Below are positions 19,268-28,494 of a DNA stretch of 64,000 nt, piece after piece (the stretch's first letter is position 1; every line of letters starts with the position of its first letter). Source of the DNA: Bacteroidetes bacterium GWF2_43_63 (GTDB taxonomy: Bacteria > Bacteroidota > Bacteroidia > Bacteroidales > DTU049); the NCBI GenBank assembly GCA_001769275.1, contig MEOQ01000045.1:129821-193820 (forward strand), written 5' to 3'. A program made the translations under genes and the position numbers. The notes under the pieces are model-generated. The model saw only the letters and a program-made list of their open reading frames with translations, was not told where the DNA came from and made no database searches.

Positions 19268-19275
19268 TATATTTG
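19268..19275 (+). promoter_or_regulatory. Candidate -7 box (TAtaTTTG) for the gene at 19294
   Basis: tatatttg lies 19 nt upstream of ATG 19294. Confidence 0.45.
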
Positions 19276-19293
19276 CCAAACAAATTGAACAAA

Positions 19294-20610
19294 ATGAAAA
19301 CACTAATTTCTGCTTTTTTGCTTTTCTTTTTTACTGCGACGCTGTTGTTTTCGCAAATCAGCACCGTAGAACAGTCAGTAAATAAGGTTAAAAAATTTGC
19401 TTCAGCAAAGGCTGATCCGAAAACAAAATCGTCAACTGAAAAAATATTTTGTTTCCCATTTGGAGGATATTCCAATGTGCCAACAGGACCTTCGTATTTT
19501 TATCTGAGTGATCCCAACAACATTTATCTGATTGACTCATCGGCAACACCCATTTACGCTGCTACATGGGCAAATGGTAAATGGTACGGTGCCGATTACG
19601 GTGCAATGACACTGTTAACTATCGACACTGCCAGTGGTGCCATGACAACAATAGGGAATATGGGAGTAGTGTTGAATGGATTGGCTTATGATACTGTGTC
19701 GAATATACTGTACGGAGTTTCTTCAACCGGATTGTACAGCATTGACATTACTAGCGGCGCATTGACATTAATTGGTGAATCCAATCTTACCTCTCCGACT
19801 TATATAAATCTCGCCTGTTCTCCCTCAGGTAAATTATATACGGTAAATATGAATGATGACATCTTGTATTTGCTGGACAAAACAACAGGTGCTGCTACTG
19901 CTGTAGGCACAGGGCTTGGGATTTTAATATCCTTTGCACAGGATATGGAATACGATTTCAACAGCAACACGTTGTATATAGCAGGATATATGGGCGGGGG
20001 ATCAAGCGGACTTTTTGCCGTGGATACACTCACAGGAACTGTTTCGGCCAGTCTTGGAAATCTGGACAGCGCCGAGGTTTGCGGAATGGCTATTCCCATA
20101 AATTCAACAACATCATATAGTGTGGCGTTCAGCGTTGTAAACGGCCATGGTACGCTGTCAGCAACAGTGAATGGCCTTCCGATAAATTCAGGCGACATTG
20201 TTAATGCAGGAGAAACGGTTGATTTCGCTGCTCTTCCCGATTCCTTATATATTGTTAAAGAGTGGATAAACAATGCTTCGATAGTGAGTGGAAATACTAC
20301 TGAAAATTATTCAATATCCGGACTAAGCGATAACGTTGTCGTTACCGTTGAGTTTGTTTCAACGGCAAGTTTTTCAGATTACGAAAAAATGGCCATTGCT
20401 GTATTTCCCAATCCTGCAACAGACTTCCTGACCATTCCGGTTGAAAGCTCAAGTGTTCTGAATGTCTGGTCAGCTGCCGGAACTTTGATTCTGACAAAAA
20501 CAGTTGAGGCAGGAAATAAAACAATTGATGTGTCGGGTTTTGCAGCAGGAAAGTATTATATCATGCTCAGCGGAGAGAAAAACCAACATGCTGTGTTTGT
20601 TATTGAATAA
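19294..20610 (+). CDS. Secreted protein with T9SS C-terminal sorting domain
   Basis: Start moved to MKTLISAFLLFFFTATLLFSQ (signal peptide). C-terminus ..AVFPNPATDFLTIP..GKYYIMLSGE..AVFVIE is T9SS-CTD-like. Confidence 0.8.
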   Translation: MKTLISAFLLFFFTATLLFSQISTVEQSVNKVKKFASAKADPKTKSSTEKIFCFPFGGYSNVPTGPSYFYLSDPNNIYLIDSSATPIYAATWANGKWYGADYGAMTLLTIDTASGAMTTIGNMGVVLNGLAYDTVSNILYGVSSTGLYSIDITSGALTLIGESNLTSPTYINLACSPSGKLYTVNMNDDILYLLDKTTGAATAVGTGLGILISFAQDMEYDFNSNTLYIAGYMGGGSSGLFAVDTLTGTVSASLGNLDSAEVCGMAIPINSTTSYSVAFSVVNGHGTLSATVNGLPINSGDIVNAGETVDFAALPDSLYIVKEWINNASIVSGNTTENYSISGLSDNVVVTVEFVSTASFSDYEKMAIAVFPNPATDFLTIPVESSSVLNVWSAAGTLILTKTVEAGNKTIDVSGFAAGKYYIMLSGEKNQHAVFVIE

Positions 20611-20632
20611 CAAAAACTCAAAAAGCTCAAAG

Positions 20633-20661
20633 CCGGTTCCCTGAAAAGAATCGGTTTTTTT
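20633..20661 (+). terminator. Rho-independent terminator candidate
   Basis: ccggttc-cctgaaaa-gaatcgg followed by ttttttt, 23 nt after the stop at 20610. Confidence 0.5.
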
Positions 20662-20705
20662 ATGAAAAGCAGATTTGGCCTATTGTGTTTCTGGTTTTTT
20701 TGCGA

Positions 20706-21383
20706 TCAATCATTTTTCACCGCCCTCGTCATCTCTCTTTTTCCGGCGAAGCCTGGTAGTTTTTCAATTGCGAAGCCGCACGCTTTCATGGTTCGGCGCA
20801 CTTCGCCTTTTGCGACATACGTGACAAGAATTCCTCCCGGTTTCATAGCTGCAAATATTTTTTCAAAAACGTCTGCGGTCCACATCTCAGGTTGAACGCC
20901 GGGAGAGAAGGCGTCGAAATATACAACATCAAAAAAATTATTTTCAAATTCAATTTGCTGAATTTTATTTTCGTGATAATGAAAAACAAAATAGTCACCA
21001 ATAAGTACTTTTCTTTCTCTGTCTGCCTCATGTATGGCTCTTAGTGCTTCTTTCATGCGATCGCCTCCGGCTATATCGGCGTAATTGAGTTTTGCGATAT
21101 TGTCAGCGCTTATTGGATTTGGTTCTGCAGCAAAATAACGCACGATCTTTTTATTGTTTTCTGCTTCAAGCAATGTCAGCGCTGCATTCAGTCCGGTTCC
21201 CAGTCCGACTTCGAGAATATTGATGGATGTAATATTATTTATTTTTGGTTTTAAACCGGCTTCGATGAACACATGTTTGCTTTCGGCTACAGCTCCGTGA
21301 ATAGAATGGTAATGTTCATTTATCTCTGGCAGAAACAATGTGTGGGAGCCATCTTCAGTTACAATAAGCGTTTTCTTATTCAT
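20706..21383 (-). CDS. mnmD: tRNA (mnm5s2U34) methyltransferase MnmD
   Basis: ..TEDGSHTLF.PE..EHYHS.HGAV.ES.HVFIEAGL.. and a SAM-binding ..ILEVGLGTGLN.. motif. Confidence 0.8.
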   Translation of the reverse strand: MNKKTLIVTEDGSHTLFLPEINEHYHSIHGAVAESKHVFIEAGLKPKINNITSINILEVGLGTGLNAALTLLEAENNKKIVRYFAAEPNPISADNIAKLNYADIAGGDRMKEALRAIHEADRERKVLIGDYFVFHYHENKIQQIEFENNFFDVVYFDAFSPGVQPEMWTADVFEKIFAAMKPGGILVTYVAKGEVRRTMKACGFAIEKLPGFAGKREMTRAVKND

Positions 21384-22669
21384 CGGTTATAAAGTATTTT
21401 GATGTCTTTTATAGAGTCTGGAAGTGCAACCGTTCCGATTAATGAACCGGTTGGATATGAATAAGCATTGATGTTTTTTCCGGATGAAAGGTAAAGAACG
21501 TCATCCGTTTCGTCATACACAACATCTCCAAACGTTGTTGCATTGCCGATTTCAGCATAAGTATTATCGTCGAAGGAATAAACAAAAAGACCATCGCTGT
21601 GACTGATGAGATGTCTGTCATAGTCGATTTGAGAAACACCATAGATTTCTCCAGCCGGGAGATTTTTCAGGTGTGTTATAACCATCGAATATGTGTTTAG
21701 GGTGCGCACGCTTGGCTGTGTTCCTTCATTGCAAAACAGAACAACGTCGTTGCCTGAAACACGAAAAAGATTCTGGACTTTGTAAGTACCGTACACCATA
21801 TCTTTCAACAATCCTGAATACTCGTAAATAGCCCCTGTGAAAAACATGCTGCCATTAAAATATTCAAGAACCGATAAAAGATATATGCCGTCGTAGCTGA
21901 CTTGATGCAGCCTGTAGTTGTCAAAAGTGTAAACAAATTTAAGATTCCCATTTCCAAAATATCCTTCAATTCGCCCGTCGTAATACCCTACAATCAGCAA
22001 ATTATTACCCCAATACAATGACTCAAAATAGGGAAAAGGAGGATTATTGAGTGCGTTGACCTGATCAACAACGGAGCCGTTGGCAGCATCGAGAAAATAT
22101 AGATTTCCTTTGTATTGACCCATGGAATAAATCAGTTGATTCTGGCTATTGACGGCACCTTCCTGAAAGTCGTCGGGCAATTGTTTGAAAAGTGAATAAT
22201 TCAGTAAACTGTCAACTTTATATATTTTCACATTGTCATTGGCCTTTTCATGGCAGAATACAACGAGAGACCGGCTTTCTTTTGGTATTCCGGTTACTGT
22301 AAGTCGAATAAATTTGGTGGATGCGCTGTATCCGTTGCCAGCCTCGATATACAGGTAATGAGTGCCAGATAGCAAAGAGGTGTTCGAAATAATATATTCA
22401 GTATTTATTGAATAGTTTTCAGTGCCCGGATTGATGGTCACAGCTGGACAAGCCTGAACATATGCGGTTGTAAGCAAAACAATTTTCACGTACGTAATTG
22501 GAACGGCGGAAGATATGGACCCTGAGACCTGAAGCGTGTCGCCGGTTGTCGCAGCGCTGTTTTCAGAAGGAGAGTACATCTGTATGAAAGGCGGCTCGTA
22601 GGTCTCTTCGCGGCACGAAGAAACAGCTACTGCAACAATTAAAAAGAAAATAATCCAATTAAATCTCAT
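21380..22669 (-). CDS. Lipoprotein of unknown function (N-terminal Ig-like region, C-terminal propeller-like region)
   Basis: MRFNWIIFFLIVAVAVSSC lipobox. There is a 4 bp overlap with the mnmD start, so the two are likely co-transcribed. Confidence 0.7.
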   Translation of the reverse strand: MRFNWIIFFLIVAVAVSSCREETYEPPFIQMYSPSENSAATTGDTLQVSGSISSAVPITYVKIVLLTTAYVQACPAVTINPGTENYSINTEYIISNTSLLSGTHYLYIEAGNGYSASTKFIRLTVTGIPKESRSLVVFCHEKANDNVKIYKVDSLLNYSLFKQLPDDFQEGAVNSQNQLIYSMGQYKGNLYFLDAANGSVVDQVNALNNPPFPYFESLYWGNNLLIVGYYDGRIEGYFGNGNLKFVYTFDNYRLHQVSYDGIYLLSVLEYFNGSMFFTGAIYEYSGLLKDMVYGTYKVQNLFRVSGNDVVLFCNEGTQPSVRTLNTYSMVITHLKNLPAGEIYGVSQIDYDRHLISHSDGLFVYSFDDNTYAEIGNATTFGDVVYDETDDVLYLSSGKNINAYSYPTGSLIGTVALPDSIKDIKILYNR

Positions 22670-22719
22670 TGTCGGAATTTGTTTATAAATTTAGCACGAA
22701 AAAACTAAATATACTTGTT

Positions 22720-23421
22720 ATGGAAGATTATTTTTCACATATTTTGTTTCTTGACATTGAAACTGTTCCCGGGAGCAAGTCGTACAGCGCGTTGAATGAG
22801 CGCATGAAGCATCTCTGGGACAAAAAGGCCGAAAGTATGAAACGTGCCGAGAATGACACCCCGGAATCATTGTATGGAAAAGCCGGCATTTTTGCTGAAT
22901 TTGGAAAAATCATCTGTATATCAACCGGTGTCGTCAATGGTGGGAAGGCTCATTTAAAAAGCTTCTACGGACACGATGAGGTCGTTTTGCTGAATGAATT
23001 TGCTGATTATCTTCGCGATCTGCCATCGCGCGGGGTGCGGCTTCTGTGTGCGCACAACGGAAAAGAATTCGACTTCCCGTGGATTTGCCGACGAATGATG
23101 ATCAACGGAATCCGCATTCCGGAAATGTTGAATATTCAGGGAAAAAAACCATGGGAAATTGCGCATATCGACACTATGGAGCTTTGGAAATTTGGCGATT
23201 ATAAGAACTTCACTTCACTCGATTTGCTCACTGAATTGTTCGACATTCCAACGCCGAAGGATGATATCAATGGTGCCGATGTTGCGCGGGTTTATTACGA
23301 AGAGGATGATCTGATCCGCATTATGCAATATTGCCAGAAAGACGTTATTGCGCTGATTCAGCTGTTGCGCAGACTCAACTACATGCCACTGATTCCGGAA
23401 GTGAATGTGAATTATTTATAG
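22720..23421 (+). CDS. RNase H-fold 3'-5' exonuclease (PolB-exo/DnaQ-like)
   Basis: Start moved to ATG 22720 (MEDYFSHILFLDIETVP, Exo I DxE). Later motifs ..AHNGKEFDFP.. and ..YCQKDV.. fit. Confidence 0.7.
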   Translation: MEDYFSHILFLDIETVPGSKSYSALNERMKHLWDKKAESMKRAENDTPESLYGKAGIFAEFGKIICISTGVVNGGKAHLKSFYGHDEVVLLNEFADYLRDLPSRGVRLLCAHNGKEFDFPWICRRMMINGIRIPEMLNIQGKKPWEIAHIDTMELWKFGDYKNFTSLDLLTELFDIPTPKDDINGADVARVYYEEDDLIRIMQYCQKDVIALIQLLRRLNYMPLIPEVNVNYL

Positions 23422-23517
23422 CTACTGACTTTTTAGAAGCCAGGGAAGTCTGTTTGGCGGAATGACGTAACTATTCGATGTTCCCGAGCTGGGTTTAGTC
23501 TTTTGTTTAATACTGCT

Positions 23518-23689
23518 GAGGCTGTCTTGGAACAAGCAGTTTCTACAAAAATAATATTCCATCGTCGTAAAGCGACGCAGGAGCGAAAGGATATGGAATC
23601 GTTGTTTTTGTAGCTGTTACGACGATTCCATATCCGCCAGCAGGCGGACGATGGAATATCGTAACGTTTTTTAATTTTGAGACAACCTC
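23518..23689. repeat. Hairpin-rich TIR-bounded element, copy B (inverted relative to 41251-41469)
   Basis: 23551-23689 aligns with the reverse complement of 41262-41445 apart from a swapped central module (ccgccagcaggcgg here). Ends are gaggctgtctt.../...ttttgagacaacctc. Confidence 0.8.
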
Positions 23690-23784
23690 AATAAATATAT
23701 TTACAATATACTATGCCCGAGCTGGTTGAAAGGCTTTACAGGAGCGTAATTCGGCGTGAATGCGTTTATTATTTGAGTGCAATG

Positions 23785-24864
23785 CTAAAATCTGATTTCC
23801 AACGCAAGCTCATACATGCGTCTGATATCGCCGTTCTTATCCCAGTATTCAGCTCCCAGTACCAGTTTGTTTTTTAGAAAACGATAAGCAATTCCCGTAT
23901 TGATGCGGGTTAGAGAAATGTCGTTTTCAGATTCAAATTTGTCGTAGCGGCCAACAATGGAGAATTTTGTTTGCGGGATTTTAAATTCTCCAAAAAAAGC
24001 ATATCCTGAATTTTTGTTGGATTGAAACAGTGTATCAACATAAGTCCCGGCATAATCGCCAACACCGCTATAATACTGAGCCATGAGCACATGATATTTG
24101 CTTTCGGAGGAGAGATACAGAACATTCATAATAAAGTCTGCGTCATTATTTGCAATGTTTGCTTTTCCGTTGGCATAGGCATACCCGAACTGCAGCCCGG
24201 GCATAAAAGCAGGCAGTGGGCGCAGTGTCAGACGTGCTTCAAACGTTTTATTGTTGTTGCGCTCAACATCATGATAGCCACCTCCATTGTATAATCCAAA
24301 CGAAAAACTGCCATATTTTCCAGGATAAGCTGCATTTACTTCTTTCTGATATTGTTTATCAATCTCGCCCCCAATCAATCCTTCATAGATAAATCCAAAA
24401 TCAGCTGAACTAAGCACATTTGTTTTTTCAAGAAACATGGGGCCCATCACCCGATAGGCGTTAATCTTTTGTTCAAATTCAATCCATGGACGGGGGACCA
24501 TTCCTACGGAAATTGATCCTTTCTGAAATTTGGGCAGGAAATTAATTTTTTGCTGAAGATACAGGTATTTTAGACGCATCTCGACATTACCCGCATCATC
24601 ACCTTCTGTATCGAGCGTTATATCCTGTGTGTAGCGTGCCGTCAGACTTTCGGTCAAGTGACTTTCAATGGTGAAATACCCACGTTTAAGTTCTATCTGA
24701 TACAATGAATCCTGATCATCATAATTGCCGGAAATAAACCACTGTCCGGATATTTCAGTGTTTTTAATAAAAGCTTGTTTTGTTTTTGAAGTGTCTTGTG
24801 CCGACAGTTTCAGTGTCGAAAATATTACAATAATAACACTGAATATTGCTAATGATTTCTTCAT
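23785..24864 (-). CDS. Outer-membrane porin (possibly phosphate-selective O/P type, judged from context)
   Basis: Start set to MKKSLAIFSVIIVIFSTLKLSAQ. Beta-strand pattern with a C-terminal ..LALEIRF. It lies next to a PhoR/PhoB-like pair. Confidence 0.55.
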   Translation of the reverse strand: MKKSLAIFSVIIVIFSTLKLSAQDTSKTKQAFIKNTEISGQWFISGNYDDQDSLYQIELKRGYFTIESHLTESLTARYTQDITLDTEGDDAGNVEMRLKYLYLQQKINFLPKFQKGSISVGMVPRPWIEFEQKINAYRVMGPMFLEKTNVLSSADFGFIYEGLIGGEIDKQYQKEVNAAYPGKYGSFSFGLYNGGGYHDVERNNNKTFEARLTLRPLPAFMPGLQFGYAYANGKANIANNDADFIMNVLYLSSESKYHVLMAQYYSGVGDYAGTYVDTLFQSNKNSGYAFFGEFKIPQTKFSIVGRYDKFESENDISLTRINTGIAYRFLKNKLVLGAEYWDKNGDIRRMYELALEIRF

Positions 24865-25049
24865 TTTCGCTTCAATTTTGCGCAAAAATACAGCTTAAAG
24901 ATTAAGAAATTGTTACCGAAATAATATTAATCAGGTCGAAATAAAGTATTGAGATTAAAGCACCGTATAGCTGCACGGCGCGCGACCTGTACTCTTTATT
25001 AACTTTCTTTGCGTCATGTTCTCAACAACTCAGCATTCTATGCGAGCAA

Positions 25050-26102
25050 TCATTTATTGGCTTTGGCAAGCGTGAACGAAAACGTGGTTCCGACATCAAT
25101 TTTTGAACGCACATGTATGGCTTGCTGATGCGCTTCGATAATATGTTTCACGATGGCAAGTCCAAGGCCGGTTCCACCCAATTTGCGGCTGCGACTTTTT
25201 TCGGTGCGGTAGAAGCGCTCGAAAATCCGCGGCAGATCGGCCTGATCTATACCAATTCCGCTATCCGCTACTTCTATTAAAAAATATTCATCCATGTCAA
25301 AGGCGCTGATGGTCGTCGAACCAAAGCGGTTTCCATATTTCAGCGAATTGTCGATCAGGTTGATGAGAACCTGCCGTATACGGTCAGGATCTGCGTGCAC
25401 CATGATTTTCGAGTCAGACTGATTTTTATAATCGAGCACGATGCGACGTTTTTCAGCTTTAATTTCCATGAATTCAAACACATCTTTCACCAGTGCTGAA
25501 AAATTGAAATTTTCAAAATTCATTTTCATGGTGCCGCTTTCAAGCCTCGAAATTTCGTCGAGATCATTCACAATGGCAATCAGACGGTCGATGTTTTTTG
25601 CAGCTCGTTGCAGATATTTCACGTTGATTTCGTTGTCATGGAGGCCGCCGTCGAGCAGGGTCAGCACATAGCCCTGAATGGTTGTAATGGGCGTTTTGAG
25701 TTCATGCGAGACGTTTCCGATGAACTCGCGCCGGAATTCCTCGTTTTTTTTCAGAATTTCAATTTCGTTGGCTTTGTCACGTGTCCATTGTTCAACATCA
25801 CGACTGACATTTTCAATAACATCGCCTTTTTCAATCTGCAGTTTTCTTGTGCTTCTTCCGAGTTTTGTGCTGCGGATTGATTTATAAATGAGTCTGATTT
25901 TATCGTATATAAAGCGATTGAGTGTGTACAGCAATGCAATAAAAACCACCAGGAATGTTGCCAAAGCCAATGTTGTAGCCACTATCCAGGAGGGGGCAAG
26001 AGTAAATTCAATAACAACCATGCTGATGACAAACACCAGAACGGCAAGCAAAGCTGCAATAAAAACCGATAATTGTCGCGGATTTCCGGGAACGATTTTC
26101 AT
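25050..26102 (-). CDS. Sensor histidine kinase (PhoR-like)
   Basis: Two N-terminal TM segments, H-box ..FIGNVSHELKTPIT.., N box ..LIDNSLKYG.., G boxes ..DSGIGI.. and ..GGTGLGLAIV.. Confidence 0.85.
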   Translation of the reverse strand: MKIVPGNPRQLSVFIAALLAVLVFVISMVVIEFTLAPSWIVATTLALATFLVVFIALLYTLNRFIYDKIRLIYKSIRSTKLGRSTRKLQIEKGDVIENVSRDVEQWTRDKANEIEILKKNEEFRREFIGNVSHELKTPITTIQGYVLTLLDGGLHDNEINVKYLQRAAKNIDRLIAIVNDLDEISRLESGTMKMNFENFNFSALVKDVFEFMEIKAEKRRIVLDYKNQSDSKIMVHADPDRIRQVLINLIDNSLKYGNRFGSTTISAFDMDEYFLIEVADSGIGIDQADLPRIFERFYRTEKSRSRKLGGTGLGLAIVKHIIEAHQQAIHVRSKIDVGTTFSFTLAKANK

Positions 26103-26797
26103 TTTTTAATTTCAAAAGTATAACCAACACCTTTAACCGTACGAATCAGGCTCAGTCCGATTTTTTCGCGGATTTTACGAATATGAACATCAATGGTTCG
26201 ATCGCCGACAACAATATCATTTCCCCAGACTTTGGAAAATATTTCTTCGCGCGTAAAAACTTTTCCGGGTTTGCTGGCCAGCAATGCGAGCAACTCGAAT
26301 TCTTTGCGTGGAAGCAATATTTCCTGTCCTTCGCGAATAACAATATAGCGTTCGAAATTTATGGTGAGTCCTTCAAATTCAAGTTCCCTTGAGGATCCAG
26401 TACTGCTTTCGGTCGAAAAGCGACGCAAATATGTTTTGACTTTTGTCAGAAATACTTTAGGTGTAATGGGTTTGCTTATGAAGTCGTCGCCACCAGATTC
26501 AAGAGCCGCGATCTGTGCGAAATCTTCATTGCGCGCAGTCAGGAAAATAATGACTGATTTTTTCAGAGTATCATGTTTCCTCATTTCCTGACAGGCCGTG
26601 ATTCCATCCATACCCGGCATCATAATGTCCAGTACAATCAGCTGAGGTTCGATGTCCAGCGCCTTGGTGATTGCCGATTGGCCATCGCGGGCGGTAAATA
26701 CATTATAACCTTCCTTTTTCAGGTTGTAACTCATGATCTCGAGAATGTCCTTCTCGTCGTCCACCAGCAGTATTCGGATATTTTCGTTCTGATTCAT
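26099..26797 (-). CDS. OmpR/PhoB-family response regulator
   Basis: Receiver domain (..ILLVDDE..LDIMMPGMDG..) plus winged-helix output (..LTINFERY..LLPRKEFELL..VWG..RTIDVHI..LR.K). There is a 4 bp overlap with the kinase gene. Confidence 0.9.
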   Translation of the reverse strand: MNQNENIRILLVDDEKDILEIMSYNLKKEGYNVFTARDGQSAITKALDIEPQLIVLDIMMPGMDGITACQEMRKHDTLKKSVIIFLTARNEDFAQIAALESGGDDFISKPITPKVFLTKVKTYLRRFSTESSTGSSRELEFEGLTINFERYIVIREGQEILLPRKEFELLALLASKPGKVFTREEIFSKVWGNDIVVGDRTIDVHIRKIREKIGLSLIRTVKGVGYTFEIKK

Positions 26798-26880
26798 TTG
26801 TGTAAATCAATTTGTCAGACAAAGTTATTAAAATACCGGAACGAGCATACGAAGTTACAATTGCTTAATATAAAAGTAAT

Positions 26881-27066
26881 GAATACTGAATATGCAATGG
26901 AACATCGAACACTGAATAAGGAATGTTGAAGTAAACATCGAATCATGAACACTGAACAAGGAATGACGAAGTAAAGGCAGAAATATTTGAAGCGCCTTTC
27001 TACTTTATAAACTTTAAGAACTTTGGATTACTTCGTCATTAAACCTTCCTTGTTCCTTGTTCATTA
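26881..27066. repeat. Direct plus inverted repeats of the TTCATGATTCA/CCTTGTTCC word family
   Basis: catcgaacactgaataaggaatgttgaagtaaa (26904-) and catgaacactgaacaaggaatgacgaagtaaa (26945-) are direct copies. ttacttcgtcattaaaccttccttgttccttgttcat (27028-27064) is the inverted partner. Confidence 0.75.
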
Positions 27067-27068
27067 TT

Positions 27069-28385
27069 CTACAGCCCGCCCTCACCGCGGTAAAGCGACA
27101 ATTTGCCATCAAGAGTAACTTTAAGTACGGTCATGTATTTGTCCTGCACTCCTTCTGGGACATCAATGTAAACAATACCCGGAACCTTGCTCCAGGAGAT
27201 CTTTCCAACCACTTTGAAATCTGCGGGAGTGTTGGATCCAACCACTTCAATTTTTTTAATATCGTTGTTCAACCCTTTCAGAATCACATTTCCACTTTGA
27301 TTTCCCTGCAGGAACAAATACAGGGCAGTCGAGTCTTTTGAAATGGTGGTTGGTCCATAAAAATGTCCGAGCGGCATTCCTGCAACTGATTCGAAAACCG
27401 CTTCGCTGTGTTTGGCATTCCATTGACCGAGTTCCTGCATAATAAACAGCTGTTCTTCAGGAATGGTTCCATCGGCTTTCGGGCCAATGTCGAGTAATAG
27501 ATTGCCCCCAAAACTTATGCAATCGGCAAAAATACTTATGATTTCATAAGGCGTTTTATAGGCTGAATCTGTGATGTAATAGCCCCATGAATCATTCATG
27601 GTCATACACAATTCCCAGTTTTCCTTTTGTGGACGGACTACCGGAAAATGCTGTTCGGGCGTGGCATAATCGCCAAATCCCTGCAGACGGCCATTGATGA
27701 TTGCATTCGGATTATTTTTCAAAATTCTTTCACGAATACCGGCCGCATCCCATTCTTCGGCACTGTGTTCCCAATCGCCGTCAAACCAGACCAGGTCGGG
27801 ATTGTATTGCTCAAGAATTTCACTCAACTGGCCGTTGTTGAACTTAATGAATTTTTTCCATCGCTTTGGATCTGCACTGATTTCGTAACGACCCGAATCG
27901 CGCAGGAATCCGGGGTAATCTTCATGTGTCCAGTCAATCAGAGAATAATATAAGCCAAGTTTTAAGTCGGTTTTTCTTACTTCGTTCACAAACGGTGTAA
28001 GCACATCGCGCTTCGCCGGGGAACTTTTTTTTGTACTCAGGTCGTTGAATTTTGTGTCCCAGAGCGATACTCCGTCATGATGTTTCGAAGTAATAACTAT
28101 GTATCTGGCTCCGGTTTTTTCGATCAGCGATACCCATCCGGCCGGATCGTATTTCTCTGCCGTGAATTCACTAATCTGAGCCATATAATCCTTGTGACTC
28201 ATATGCCCGTTGTGAAACTCCCAGGACTCGCTGCCACGACCAGTGGAATAAATTCCCCAATGAATAAAAATGCCAAGTTTGGCATCGGAAAACCATTGCA
28301 TTCTTGCTGAATGGCTTGTGTCGGTCTGCGCAATGGCTTGAGTCGCCAGCAGAAACAGCAGGGAAATATTAAGCAGATATTTCAT
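27069..28385 (-). CDS. GH29 alpha-L-fucosidase
   Basis: Signal peptide, ..W..AK.GIFIHWG.YS.., ..KHHDG..LWD.., ..LVWFDG.W.. and a C-terminal beta-sandwich. Confidence 0.85.
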   Translation of the reverse strand: MKYLLNISLLFLLATQAIAQTDTSHSARMQWFSDAKLGIFIHWGIYSTGRGSESWEFHNGHMSHKDYMAQISEFTAEKYDPAGWVSLIEKTGARYIVITSKHHDGVSLWDTKFNDLSTKKSSPAKRDVLTPFVNEVRKTDLKLGLYYSLIDWTHEDYPGFLRDSGRYEISADPKRWKKFIKFNNGQLSEILEQYNPDLVWFDGDWEHSAEEWDAAGIRERILKNNPNAIINGRLQGFGDYATPEQHFPVVRPQKENWELCMTMNDSWGYYITDSAYKTPYEIISIFADCISFGGNLLLDIGPKADGTIPEEQLFIMQELGQWNAKHSEAVFESVAGMPLGHFYGPTTISKDSTALYLFLQGNQSGNVILKGLNNDIKKIEVVGSNTPADFKVVGKISWSKVPGIVYIDVPEGVQDKYMTVLKVTLDGKLSLYRGEGGL

Positions 28386-28494
28386 GACTTTTAATCTTGA
28401 GACAAAGAAACAAAATGAACAGTGCTAAGCCAAATTGTTTTTGAAAAGCGGGCCAGTATTTATTTGAAATGACGCTACAAAAGTCCAAAAGTTG

